Of a stretch of DNA of 64,000 nt, positions 11,681-24,375 are shown piece by piece. A program made the translations under genes and the position numbers. Each line of letters begins with the position of its first letter. Position 1 is the first letter of the stretch. This stretch comes from Lytechinus pictus (lineage: Eukaryota), in NCBI RefSeq assembly GCF_037042905.1, contig NC_087250.1, positions 20,090,001 through 20,154,000 of the forward strand, read 5' to 3'. The notes below the pieces were generated by a model, which saw only the letters and a program-made list of their open reading frames with translations, was not told where the DNA came from and made no database searches.

Positions 11681-11817
11681 GGGGCCGTTTCATAAAGCTC
11701 TTCGTAAGTTAAGAGTGACTTAACGAACGACTGGTGAGCCTTTCTTGCGCGTAAGAAAGGTTCACCAGTCTTTCTTAAAGTCGCTCTTAACCTATGAACA
11801 GCTCTATGAAACGGCCT
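11681..11817. mobile_element. Palindromic MITE (second copy at ~49652-49821)
   Basis: GGGGCCGTTTCATAAAGCT...AGCTCTATGAAACGGCCTC; the same family recurs at 49652. Confidence 0.85.
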
Positions 11818-12364
11818 CCTTGTTAGGTATAATTTAAATAACCCTGTATGAAAGGCCGTAATGGAATTAAATTTTCTGCATGATGTGCTAGACCCGATCC
11901 ACACTGTTTTTCCGATTGTTGGTAAGCAATATGAGCGAGAGCTTGTATTTTATTTTATTCATTAATTTTTGCGGATATCGGGTCAGGGAGCATGCGCAGT
12001 TCAACGTTGAGGGAACATTTCGAGCATGATCATGCGTAGTTCTCCCCATGAAAGAATATCGAAAAATATACGGAGCTAGAAGAAAACTATAAGGAGCTAT
12101 TTGCAGCGATGTGCTTTCCTTTTGAAATTATACTTTGTCACATGATCGCGAATTGACCAATCGTTTATCTAGAATACTCATGAATAGTCTAAAGGGTTAT
12201 TTAATGGGAACTATTAATCCTCAGTTGGACCAGCAAGTTGACTATTTGTTCCTCGGTAAATAACCCCCACTATTCTTTCCCAAAGCATTATATATTTTGT
12301 TTTGTATAATATATTGTTATGATAGTCATGTTGTTATTACATCTGCATTTATTATTTTTTTCAG

Positions 12365-12446
12365 CGTATTTGGTGAATCATTCTATGCTCGACTGAATTT
12401 GAAGAAGGGCGCCACGAAGGAAGAAATCGATAATGCATACAAAAGG
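12365..12446 (+). CDS. DNAJC5: DNAJC5/cysteine string protein-like gene, first visible coding exon (J-domain helices I-II); start exon not found
   Basis: tttttttcag|C GTA...AAA AGG|gttagt; VFGESFYARLNLKKGATKEEIDNAYKR resembles CSP [25 protein letters not shown]. Confidence 0.9.
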
Positions 12447-12793
12447 GTTAGTAAAAAAATAATTAGTAATAAAGGGGAGATTGAGTAAAAGATGCAGCGG
12501 CCTATTTCGTCATATCTATATTTTTGTGAGCGATTTAAGCAGTGAGCTTGGGCTATACATCTACTGCATTTAAATGTAAAAAATGCAGGTCATGGGTGTC
12601 GATTGAGATATAGAGTGAGAGAGAGACACACACACACACAGTGTGAGAGTAAGAGAAAGTCTAGAGAGAGGCAAGGGGGAGGGGTATTGATATATATTCA
12701 TGTAGGAAGAAAGGTGGTGGGAGGGGGGGGGGGGTTGTTAAAAAAATGACATACCTGGTAGGCAGGTGATATAAAGATGGTGGTGAGGACTGA

Positions 12794-13164
12794 GGATGAT
12801 GATGATCACTGTCGGATCCAAGGCGGGCAGGGGACGGCTGTGATGATGATGATGATGACGTTAATGTAGATAATGGTGATGGTGGTGGTTATGATGATGA
12901 TGATGGTGGTGATGATAACGATGATGATAATGATGATGGTGATGATGGTGGTGGTATTGATGACGACGAAGGTGATGATGATGATGATAATGACGATGAT
13001 AAAGACATGTAGGCCTAACAACCATCTGTCATGTATTCAATTGGCAGATTTCATTTTAGTTGAGGGGGAATGTTCTGTGCCAACCTGTAACAATGCCCCC
13101 TGGGATTATGGTGGCGATGATGGTGATGATGACGACGAATGTGATCATGATGATGATGATGACT
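12794..13164. repeat. (GAT/GGT)n degenerate trinucleotide repeats
   Basis: Direct reading; source of the spurious Met/Ile-rich ORFs. Confidence 0.9.
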
Positions 13165-13368
13165 TGTAACAGTCATTCTTAATGTTTTCAATGGAAGATT
13201 TTCCTTTTAGTTGAGGGGAATGCCCTTAATTGCCACCGTTTAACGATGCCTATGTAGGGGCCACGGAACGGTTTTGAAAGTTGGGGGTATGAGCCAAAAG
13301 TCTGTAAATGTGTGTGTGCAGGTGTGGGGGGCTGACCATGCACAAAATCACAATCAGTTGGTCATTTT

Positions 13369-15302
13369 TGTCTCACCTGCATAGCAGAGTGAGACTACAG
13401 GCGCCGCTTTTCCGACGGCGGCGGCAGCGGCAGCGGCGGCGTCAACACCAAATCTTAACCGAAGGTTAAAGGAGAATGAAACTTTTGGAGCAAGTTAGCT
13501 TTTGTGAGAGCAGAAAAATCAAAGAATAAGATCAACAAAAGTTTGAGTAAAATAGGACTAGCAATAGAAGAGTTATGAGCATTTGAATGTCGAGATCACT
13601 AATGCTATGGAGATCCGCCCATTGGCAATGCGACCAAGATCTATGATGTCACAGATGAACAACTCTCCCCTTTTAGACACTGAGAATATACCCCAAAACC
13701 TTTCTTTTTGCTCATTCTAATCATATGACAAACGATTCATCAATGATATAATGTTGTGAAACCTCTGTACTTGTCCTCTCATAAAGAGAACACCTCACCT
13801 TGTGATAGACTCTATAAAAGTGAGAATATAAGTGAAATAAGTACTAAAGTAATGAGGGAGTTGTACGTGTGTGACATCACAGATCTTGGTCGCATTGCCA
13901 ATGGAAGGAACTACATGGCATTAGTGATCTCAATATTCAAATGCTCATAACTTTCTTATTATTCATTCAATCTTCCTCAAACTTTCAACAATATGTTTCT
14001 TTGATTTTTCTCTTTGATATGGATTCAGCTGGTTTCAAGGGTTTCATTCTCCTTTAAGTTTTTGAAATGACAGCATAACTTAGAAAGTATATAGACCTAG
14101 TTCATGAAACTTTACCATAAGGTTAATCAAGTATTACTAAACATCCTGCCTGAGTTTCATGTCACATGACCAAGGTCAAAGGTCATTTAGGGTCAATGAA
14201 CTTAGAATATGTTGGGGGAATCAACATCAAAATCTTAACCTAAGGTTAAGTTTTTTAAATATAATCATAAAATATAATTAAAAAATATATGAACCTAGTT
14301 CATGAAAATTGGACATAAGGTAAATAAAAAACATCCTGCATGAGTTTCACGTCACAGACCAAAGTCAAAGGTCATTTAGGGTCAATGAACTTTGGCCAAA
14401 TTGGGGGTATTTGTTGAATTACCATCATAACTTTGAATGTTTATGGATCTGAGTCATTAAAATTGGACATAAGAGTAACCAAGTATCACTGAACATCCTG
14501 TGCGAGTTTCAGGTCACATGATCAATGTCAAAGGTCATGTAAGGTCAACGAACTTTTGCCATGTTGGGGGTATTTGTTGAATTACCATCATATCTCTGTA
14601 AGTGTATTGGTCTAATTCATAAAACGAGGACATAAGAGTAACCAAGTATCACTGAACATCTCATGCGAGTTTCACGTCACATGACCAAGGTCAAAGGTCA
14701 TTTAGGGTCAATGAACTTTGGCCAAATTTGGGGTATTTGTTGAATTACCATCATAACTTTGAAAGTATATTGGTCTAGTTCATAAAACTTGGACATAAGA
14801 GTAATCAAGTATCACTAAACATCTTGTGCGAGTTTCAGGTCACATGACCAAGTTCAAAGGTCAATGGACAATGGCCATGTTGGGATTATTTGTTGAATTA
14901 CCGTCATAACTCTGTAAGTATATTGGTCTAGTTCATAAAACTTGGACATAAGAGTCGTCAAGTATCACTGAACATCTCATGCGAGTTTCAGGTCACATGA
15001 TCAAAGTCAAAGGTCATTTAAGGTCTTTGAACTTTGGCCATTTTAGAGGTAATTATTAGATTGCTGTCATAACTTTTAAAGTTTATAGATATAGTGTATA
15101 AAATGTGGATATAGGGGTAATCAAGTATCACTGACAAGTTTTAGGTCACATGATCACGGTCGAATATCAATGAACGTAGTATTGTATCATTATATGTATG
15201 GTGTTTTTTGTGAATAATTATTTTATAGTAGTTTTCAATGTCAGCACTGCTGCTATATTGAATCGCGTGATGCAGGTGAGACCGCCAGAAGCATTCCACT
15301 TG
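13369..15302 (+). mobile_element. Non-autonomous Helentron/HINE-like (Tsp/pearl-type) element with internal ~160-190 bp satellite array, copy 1
   Basis: TGTCTCACCTGCAT...ATGCAGGTGAGAC subterminal IR, (GGC)n microsatellite, ~7 units with CATGACCAAGGTCAAAGGTCA, 3' end GCATTCCACTTG, T-run flanks. Confidence 0.85.
13470..14053. mobile_element. TTAA-specific non-autonomous DNA transposon (Kolobok-like), 584 bp, copy 1
   Basis: TTAA-AGGAGAATGAAAC...GTTTCATTCTCCT-TTAA; the uninterrupted host site is seen at ~32810; same length as the copy at 44151. Confidence 0.92.
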
Positions 15303-15434
15303 TTACTTTTGTGTACACGGTTTTGGAAAAGAAAAAGTTTCCGCTGCCCCTGCCATGGGAGTATCTCTTGGCCCTGTGTTTTAGACAAATGAAAACGACG
15401 TGATTTTGTTCTGTTTTTCCCCTTTTGCGAACAG

Positions 15435-15491
15435 CAATCATTAAAGTATAACAAAAAGAAGAACAGGGATGGCCCCATCGCAGAAGACAAG
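15435..15491 (+). CDS. DNAJC5: DNAJC5-like exon 2 (J-domain loop; HPD position reads NKK)
   Basis: pyrimidine tract...aacag|CAA TCA TTA AAG TAT AAC AAA AAG AAG AAC...GAC AAG|gtaagt; QSLKYNKKKNRDGPIAEDK aligns without gaps to CSP LALKYHPDKNPDNPEAADK; phase 0-0. Confidence 0.85.
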
Positions 15492-16009
15492 GTAAGTTCA
15501 TCGTACAATAGATTAAAATATTCTACGGCTTCATTACGATTCGGGGCATTATACTTGGCTACAATTTCTATGTTTTCATTGTTTACCTTCATGCGGATTA
15601 AGGTACATGTAGTCTATGGTGAATCGAGGGGGTGGGGGTAGTTTTCAAAAGAAGTTGACAATGTACGGATTACGTGCTGGGGTCGTGGAGATAGCACGTG
15701 ATTCCCGCCTGATACACTCTAAATTCATAGGATGTGAAATGAATCCAGATGGGCTGTTAATACTGACCAGCCGAATATCAGATTTAGATTTAAACCTTAT
15801 GAATTTCAGTGTAAAGATAAGAGATTTGACCTTCTTCGATTTAAAAGTGAATCCCTTTAGATTGGAAATGATCACAGATCTGGATCTGTTTTATTTATTT
15901 ATCCGGTTTATTAAAAGATTTCTTTTTATATTGATGAGGGTCGTTATGTTTAAAGTAAGGGTTTTGGCTGCGATTGAAAAATAAGCGACAAAAAGGACGT
16001 ACGAAAAAT

Positions 16010-16075
16010 CGTACATCGTACAGTGATCGTGAATGGATTGGGCACAATCCATTCACGATCACTGTACGATGTACG
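16010..16075. repeat. Perfect 31 bp inverted repeat with 4-nt loop
   Basis: CGTACATCGTACAGTGATCGTGAATGGATTG-GGCA-CAATCCATTCACGATCACTGTACGATGTACG. Confidence 0.95.
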
Positions 16076-18251
16076 GTTTGAGTGCTTAGGATTCTACGAT
16101 TTTGATAAATTAATAAATGATCGGCATAGTAAGGCCTATAATTATGATGATCCGAAGAATAATGTAGCATACGTTTATTTATTTATTTATTTATTTCTGA
16201 TATTTTGACAGGGTAGCCCATTCACCGATAAGTAGTGGTCTTCCATGGGGCCCTGAATAACAATAAACATATTTACAAAATGCATAACGTATGTACAGAA
16301 TGTTACGGCATTAAAATTCACATTAGGATTTGAATGTAAAACGAAACATTAACAAACTTAGCAGCAAACAATCTATATCGTGTAAGAAAATACCATTATT
16401 TTTGAAAAAAAATTAGTAGCAATGTGTATGAAGTTGTAAATATTGATTTTGATTTTAATATTGCAACATTGATAAAAGGATATGAGTTAAAAAACAAAAA
16501 AGTATAGAATTTTAAATCTTCTTATTATGTATGCAAGGTATGCTATTTATTCAATTTTATTCGAACAGAAAGTCGAAGTTGAAGCTTTCATGAGTTTGGT
16601 ATACTTTCTTTATTCAAAAGGTTGATTTGAACCCGTTTAGAAATAGAAAAGCTTTGTAAAAGTAAAAATATGTGTATTTGTGAAAACAGTATTGTTTAAG
16701 AAAATAATTCATGCTTTGTATGATTTTGTTTACATTTTATGTAACTAATACATATGATTATTTATCAATTAAATTTTTTTTATAGAAAAAATGTCTCAAA
16801 TTTTTGTGGGCAGACATGGCATGAAAGGCAACATTAAAATAAAAGCAAGAAAGAAGCAATTTGCTGCCTATTGGTAAAAATCATAACAGCAGACTTTTGA
16901 GGAGAAATAATCATTTATCCACGTTGAGCACCATTGTTCAATTTCTTTTATAGCTTTCTGCATTTTCTTTTGTAAAAAGTCAAGATTAAGATCTCTGCCT
17001 GAGCACCATACGGCGATATCATCGGCATACACAGAGATTTTTACAGATTTTTCTTTCAGTTTTAGATTATTCAACATTACATTGAACAAAATTGGACCAA
17101 TAACACTACTTTCCAGAACAAATTGTAAAGATAACCGACCGTTTAATTTTTACCTTGCAATATCGATCTTTTAAAAATGAATTGATCCACTATAACATTT
17201 TTCCTTTTATACCAGCTTAATGACATTTAAATACTAGTCCCTTTCTCCATAAAAGGTATGCTTTTAATGGTCAATGAAAATAACTAGAACATACTCCTTG
17301 TTAGCTAATCCTTTCTGTATGTCCGTTTCTAATCTAAGGAGCTGATCTAAAGAACTTCTATTTTTCTAAATCCAGCCAATGTTGGTGTCAGGATACTGCA
17401 TCGCTCCATGAACTATACAAGTCTATTTTAATTTTTAACCATTCTTTCCATCATTTTGGAGAAAGTTGATCTCAAAGAAATAGGTCGATATGAAGAAGGG
17501 TTCTTTGGATCTTTACCTGGTTTAAGTACGGGGATCTGGGTAGAATAATGCAAATCTGAGGGTAGAATTCAAGAATTCCAAATATTGTTTACTAAAACTA
17601 ATATGAACTGAAGAACTATTTTGGTAGGTGTTGTATCATAATTGATTTGATACCATCTGTTCCTGCTGCAGAATTTTTCATTTCTTTAACAGCGCTTGTT
17701 AATTCATTATACATGTATGTGAATTCATCATTAAGAGGTGATTCAGAAGAGTAGCTTTCTTCGATCGTATTTTGTATCAAATTTTCAAATGAATTTCTTC
17801 TAATAATCTCGTCATTGTCTAATAGATTGTCTATTGTTTTTTAAAGCTTTTTCTGCATTTTCTTGAGCATTAGCTACTGGTGTATTGTTTTCTGTTAATA
17901 AATTGGGAAATATATGTTTTGAGAGAGAACTATTTCGTAGTCCTTTTACCATACCCCATACTTTGCCTAAGTTGGATGTTCTCCTTAAAGACTGACAGTA
18001 AGTTAACCAGTATTCCTTTTGTGTTCGTCTCTTTATTTTTGGGGCATATATTTTCTGTTTCTTATACATTTCTTAGTCCTTCTTTCTAAAATGTCTATTT
18101 AATCGATTTCTATATTTATTTATTTCTTTGATAGTTTCTTGGTGGTTGATTCTTGGTATTCTAGTGTCCACCAAGAAACTGTTTTTTTTTACTTTTTGAT
18201 TTCTGCCTGCTTTGCGGAGGGTTTCTTCTGCCACTTCGTTAATTATCTGCT

Positions 18252-19890
18252 AAATCAAATTGTATTTGAAAAATGTAACATCTTTATTTTACTAAATTTA
18301 TATTTTAGTCTTTCCCGATATAAACTCCTAAGAAAGAGTTTGGAAATCTGACTTTAGTCGTTATTCCCTCCTCGGTTTTAGTAAAATAATAATGTGTAAT
18401 AAATATTTGTGAATAGATCATTCAATTCCCTTTAAAATGATACCCTATATGATATAGGGTATATATATACATATATAGGGTATATATATACATATATAGG
18501 GTATATATGTATATGATATCGGGGGGGGGGTGGGGTGGGGAAGGGTGGATATTTTTAGGACGGGTTGTTTTGTCCTTTATCTAACTGTATATTTTTGATA
18601 ACTTTGTATTTATTTTGTGAGTATTTCCCTCTCAGTTATTGATTTTTTTCTCATTTGATTATCTGTATTTATACTTTGCTATTTTGTTATTTGTTGTGTT
18701 ATCTATTTTTTGAGGGGCCCACATTGTACAAGCATTGCTTTTTAGTGGGTCCCTCCTTTTCCATCTTAATTTAATCTCTATTGAAAAATAGTATACTTAT
18801 TTAAAACCTACAATGTGTTGCCCAAATTGTCTAAGTGTTTTTTTTTTTTTTTCACAACATATGTATCATTATTTTCTTTTTTTGCAACGTATACAAATAT
18901 TTATGTTTATATATGGTATACAATTCATGTATGTACAATTGATGGAAGTGAAATAAATAAATTTGAATTTGAATTTGAATATGTTAATGGTTCACATGGA
19001 GGTGCAGTGCCTTGAAATGTGGGGCAAGGTCAAAATTCAAAAGTTGCAAAATGACACAATATTGAAAGTCACTGTTCTTTTTTCGTGGTGATGAGTGAGT
19101 TTCTCAGCGGTTTCTTTTGTCTTTGATGATTGATCAATAATCCCTCCTCGGCTTTAGTAAATATCAATGTGTGATTAATATAAATGAATAGATCATTTAA
19201 TTTTCTTTGAAATGATACCCTACATGATATGATTATGATTCACATGGAGGTGCAGTGCCTTGAAATGTGGGGCAAGGTCAAAATTCAAAAGTTGCGAAAT
19301 GACACAATATTGAAAGTCACTGTTCTTTTTTCGGTTACACTTCGTAATTCCGAAGGTTCTTTATTCCGAAGGTTCGTAATTCCGAAACACGTAAATTGCC
19401 TTTACCTCGATGTTCGTTAATCCGAAAACGCAAAATCGTTCCTTAATCCGAACATTTGTGGCGTTATTCCGAAGATCCGTTATTCCGAAGGTTCGATAAT
19501 CCGAAAACGAAATAAGGTTCGTTGTTCCGAAGGTTCGTTAATCCGAAAACTGTATCAAATTGTATTTGAAAAATGTAATATCTTTATTAATTACTAAATT
19601 TATGTTTTAGTCTTTCCCGATATAAACTCCTCAAAAAAAGTTTGGAAATCTGACTTTGGTCGATATTCCCTCATCGGTTTTAGTAAAATAATAATGTGTA
19701 ATTAATATTAGTGAATAGATCATTCAATTCCCTTTAAAATGATACCCTACATGATATGTTAATGGTTCACATGGAGGTGCAGTGCCTTGAAATGTGGGGC
19801 AAGGTCAAAATTCAAAAGTTGTAAAATGACACAATATTGAAAGTCACTGTTCTTTTTTCCGTGGTGATGAGTGAGTTTCTCTGCGGGTTT
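18252..19890. repeat. Local tandem duplication block inside the LINE, with a LINE-type 3' tail fragment and a TTCCGAAGGTTCG short-period repeat
   Basis: 18252-18455 + 18980-19110 recur at ~19555-19890 and partly at ~19140-19332; (GAATTT)n tail at ~18960-18980; repeats at 19340-19550. Confidence 0.8.
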
Positions 19891-21052
19891 TATGCACCTT
19901 AATATCAACATTAACATGCAATCAAACACATAAGAAAAAAACAAACATGCATGGGTATTTCAAACCACGACTAAAACCATGTTATCTCACAGAACCATCA
20001 CTACATAAACCACAACAAACATTAAGAATGAAGAAGCAGGGGCTTGATTTGAATGGATTTTCATCTCTATTGACACAGACAAAGAATCATGTTCTGTATT
20101 GACCCTTAATGACTATTTCTGCTCGTTTTGCAGCTTTTCAATTCAGACCTCATCCAACACTTGTGAATCCTGCTCTTTTCGTGATGGCATGGTCATAGCA
20201 AGCATGGTATCATTTTAAAGAGAATTAAATGCTCTTTTTGAATAATTTCAAATCTACATTGTCTAAAATTGGGAGTTGGGAGAAATTAATGGCCAAACTC
20301 AGATTTCCAAACTTTTTTTGAGGGGTTTATTTCCCAGTTTAGATGCTTGAAGGACCAATTATTTTCATGAGGGTTGATATTATCATCTACATATTCTATT
20401 TCGTGCAGTGAACACTTGATGACATTGTGATCATTCCCAAAATTTCCCAGCACGTTCCATTTTAGTTTGCTGGCAATTTTCTTCGAAGCAATTGTTAAGT
20501 CTAGGCAAGACCTTGTCCCTGTATGGTTGTCCATTCTTGTAGGTGTCCCATCATTCAATACTACTAAATCATGTTTTGTTATAAAATTGTCAACTAATGT
20601 GCCATTACAATCTCGCTTTATGCTACCCCAGAGGGTTGTGTGAATTGAAATCACCTGTAATTATTATGTTTTTTTAACAATTTTCAATCAAATCTTCTAA
20701 ATCGCGCAATTCAATCTTTTGACAGGGATTATAATAATTGATTAATGAAATGACCTATTCATAAGTGAAAATGTCAATTCTTTGATATTCCTTGATTAGA
20801 GGAAAATTAACTTCTTTGAAAGTAACTATTTTATGCACATATATTGCAATTCCTCCTCTTCCTCCATGGCCTCTATTTTTTATTACTGAGATGAAATCTG
20901 GAATTGCTGATATATTAAAATCCGTGAACCATGTTTCTTGTAAACATATCAAGGCAGGGATGGAGTTTAATTCTACATTTTTTTATTAGCTCTTTGTACA
21001 AGTCAGGACCGCGAGCATTCATGCTTTGGGCATTCCATTGTAAAATATTTAA

Positions 21053-21646
21053 AGGACAAGTCCACCCCAACAAAAAGTTGATTTGAATAAAAAGAGAAAA
21101 ATCCAACAAGCATAACACTGAAAATTCCATCAAAATCGGATGTAAAATAAGAAAGTTATGACATTTTAAATTTAGGCTTAATTTCACAAAACAGTTTTAT
21201 GCACATCCTGGTGGGTATGCAAATGAGGAGACTGGTGACGTCATCCACTCACTATTTCTTTTGTATGTTATTATATTAAATAGGGAATATTCTATTTTTC
21301 TCCTCATTGTCAAATGAAACAATGATTAATTCCTCCCTGAACATGTAGAATGAGCATTGTTTAATACTATATGATCCAGTCAAGTTGGTCCTTATCATCA
21401 AATCTATAAAAAATGAAATATTGTATAATTCGAACAATAAAAAACAAAAGAAATAGTGAGTGAGGGACATCATCGACTGTCTCATTTGAGTTATGCATAA
21501 TCACTGTTTTCTGGAAAATAAGCAAAACTTTAAAATGTCATAACTTTCTTATTTTACATCCGATTTTGATGAAGTCTTCAGCGTTTTGCTAATTCGATTT
21601 TTCTCTATTTATTCAAATAAAAAAAATTATGGGGTGGACTTGACCT
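21053..21646. mobile_element. TTAA-specific non-autonomous DNA transposon (Kolobok-like) at the start of LINE ORF2
   Basis: TTAA-AGGACAAGTCCACCCC...GGGGTGGACTTGACCT-TTAA with long complementary arms; a partial copy lies at ~52249-52419. Confidence 0.9.
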
Positions 21647-23681
21647 TTAAAGGCCGAGTGTTGATAGTCATTGAGCTATCTTTATTACTGAAGACGGTCG
21701 TGGATCATCCATGGAGACACCTCGTTGATGTCCCAGCATCGTTTGGCTGCCCCAACCACTAATCTAATTCTGTTTGAATGTGAAGTTTCTTTGTCAAGGT
21801 TATTAACAATGAAAGTGATGAATGCCTGTGGATGCGGGAATTACAGGTCCAGATTCTTCTGCGTCATATAGGCCTATGATTAATCTCTTTAGAAGTAAAT
21901 TCTTGCGCATCTGCATGTCTGTACAGACTTTTCCGCCGTTTCTGTTTGTGTGGACATGGTCGCCGTTTGTAGGGTCGACCTCTATACCGTTGGTATTTGT
22001 TCTACGTCAGATTCCGAAGTATTAAGTTGATCTTGGATTTTCTTTCCTGGGGGGGGGGGGGATGATAATATTCTTGTTTGATGTTTCACGATCTTTTGAA
22101 TGATTTTCTTCTCTTTTTTCTTGATGGTATATTTTTATTGCTTGAGCATAAGTTAAGTTATTTTGCAAACTGAAAATATTGAATATTTTTGGCTTCCTTA
22201 TAAAAGGTACATTCTTGATAGGCCACTGAAAGCATTTTGGGTGATCTTTATTGGGGCACATTTCAAAAGTGTGGGCCTCACCATATCTTACACATCTTAA
22301 ATGACCCTTGCAATTATTTTGGATGTGCCCAAATTGCTGGCATTTGTGGTATCTTGTTATAGAAGGGACAAACTCATCAACTACATATTTTTGGTATAGA
22401 AAGGAGACATGGTGTGGAAGATTTGAAGAGCTGTGTTTCATCAATACAAGTATTTTTCAGGCTTCCCTTTTCTTTCATAATTTTACTCACCTCTCCATAC
22501 TTCGAGTTAATTTCTTTAATGAGTCTTGCTGGGCTTATTTTGTTTATGCATGATTTTTCACCAACATCTCTTATTTCTACTATCATAGATTTTTTTCTCA
22601 TTTCTGATATTCTGTTCCGTACCTTTTTTACGATTTAGACACGACCCTTTGTTTTTTAAACTTCCTTTCCTAACTCTTTTGTCGTCTTTATTTATAGTTC
22701 TTGTATACTTGCTTTTCTTTTTTTTTCTCTCCACTTTTCGCCACTCTATTTCACTTTCAAATTCTGTAGAACTCTCTCTATAATTTGTTTTATTGAGAAG
22801 AGATTGGAACATACCTTGTTTTCTATAACTGCTCGGAGTATTCATTACATTACCTATTGCGGTTTGGTAATATGCTTCTTCTCCCGAAGAAATATCTGTC
22901 TCTTCTGTTTCCATTGCCCCAGTTGTTTGAATATTATTAGAAGTACCGTTAACATTGTGTTTTGTTAGTATGCTGGTTATACGTTTACTGTAAATGTGCT
23001 TTTGAATTTCGCTGACAGGCTTACCAATCCGCTGTCCGAATCTAAAGAGTTGGTTCATAAGCTTCTCAGACTATCGATTTCAAATATTTGACACTTGTTG
23101 ACATTTGTTGGACCAATATCTGGATCTGGATAACTTTAGGCCGGAGCTCCCAGAAGATACGTCCGACGGGTAATGTGTGTACGGCAGACATCCATGTCTA
23201 CTGTACTCTTACTACGAGACCACTACGCAGCAATCACGGACACCCAGTAGGCGCTACGTCCAAATAGACCACGGAACAAACAAGTCACGCAATCTGCTGG
23301 ATGTAGTCAGAACGTAGTGGGAACCGCTTCGACGCAGCATAAACCGCTTTGCGCGCAAAATAAGCCTAGTGGGAACTTCACAAGGATTGAATGTCTACAT
23401 TAAGAACAAATACATTTATATTTTAATATCATTTGAATTATTGTCGAATTTATCTTGAAATCTTTTCCATAGTTTGTATTTATTTTGGAGGAAAGGGCAA
23501 AACACAAATGTTTTCTTACGTGTTTTCCAAGTTTCAGGGATCAAACATTGATTTATGTGCGAGAAACTCACCCTTGATTTGTCTTTATGCTTCCATCTTT
23601 TGTATGTTTGAATAGATCTCAAACATGATTTTTTTTGTGACAAACAGCATTAATTTTCTTTTCTCTCTACCCTTTTGTCAG

Positions 23682-23837
23682 TTTAAAGAGATCAACCGTG
23701 CACATAAAGTGCTGATGGATGGGAAGAAAAGAAAAATTTACGACAAGTACGGCTCGATGGGCCTACGGCTTGCAGACTCGGTGGGGGATGATAATGTGGT
23801 ACAGTACTTTGATTTGCTCGAAAGCAAATGCTTTAAG
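23682..23837 (+). CDS. DNAJC5: DNAJC5-like exon 3 (J-domain helices III-IV and linker)
   Basis: ttttgtcag|TTT AAA GAG...TTT AAG|gtatgt; [39 protein letters not shown] resembles CSP [39 protein letters not shown]. Confidence 0.95.
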
Positions 23838-24375
23838 GTATGTATAGCCTTAGATAAAGAGAGTGAGACAGAGAGAAACGATGACAAATAGTAACAGAAC
23901 GAATAAAAGAGTAACAAAGCGGATGAGAAGGTGAAAAAGAAGTCAAGGAAGAAGAAAAAAAGAGAAACAAACAGTATTAAGAAGAAGGAGAAAGAAACTT
24001 AATATAAAGAAGAAGAATAAAGAGGGGGAGGAGGAGAAGTCCATTGACGTAAACACTACAAAGATACTATACCGACAGGGTAGGAGAGCGGTAATCATAT
24101 CATAATCGGACAGAAGAAGAGGGCTATTGGGTTTTGTACTATATCACACCTAAATAAAAAAGGTAAATCTTTTACCGACACACACACACACAAAACTATT
24201 TCCTGATTGGGCTGCAGATTTCTAAGGAAATTTTCAACTTTCCATTATTTCCAAACATTACTTATAAACAAGAATATAATCAATATAAAAATTAAAAAAT
24301 ATTGGGAGTAGAATTAATGGTAATCATGTTGCATCTGATTGATAATTCATTTTTTTCTGTTTATTTCCTTGGTAG

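Larger units (their letters stand above)
7589..12196. mobile_element. Large fold-back non-autonomous DNA element with ~750-900 bp diverged inverted arms and nested insertions
   Basis: Colinear inverted blocks: 7589-7803 vs 11988-12196, ~7845-7910 vs ~11842-11906, ~8028-8097 vs ~11574-11641, ~8200-8350 vs ~11290-11450; ends CCCT...AGGG. Confidence 0.75.
16174..23168 (-). mobile_element. Decayed LINE with CCHC-knuckle ORF1 (I/Nimb-like), APE and RT, interrupted by several insertions
   Basis: ORF1 knuckles KCQQFGHIQNNC..CVRYGEAHTFEMC (~22220-22350); APE NILQWNAQS, ICLQETW, LNDGTPT..CLDLT, NDH (20290-21050); RT YADD ~17020; (TAAA)n tail 16174-16196; many stops and frameshifts. Confidence 0.88.

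Noticed and set aside
13756..13950. Conserved 64 aa ORF repeated at 44437-44631
   Set aside because: Identity reflects two copies of the same non-autonomous element; GTG start and no domain
14060..15170. CRISPR-like array
   Set aside because: Whole units are repeated with no unique spacers; eukaryotic satellite within a mobile element. The same applies to 19340-19550 and 28561-28668
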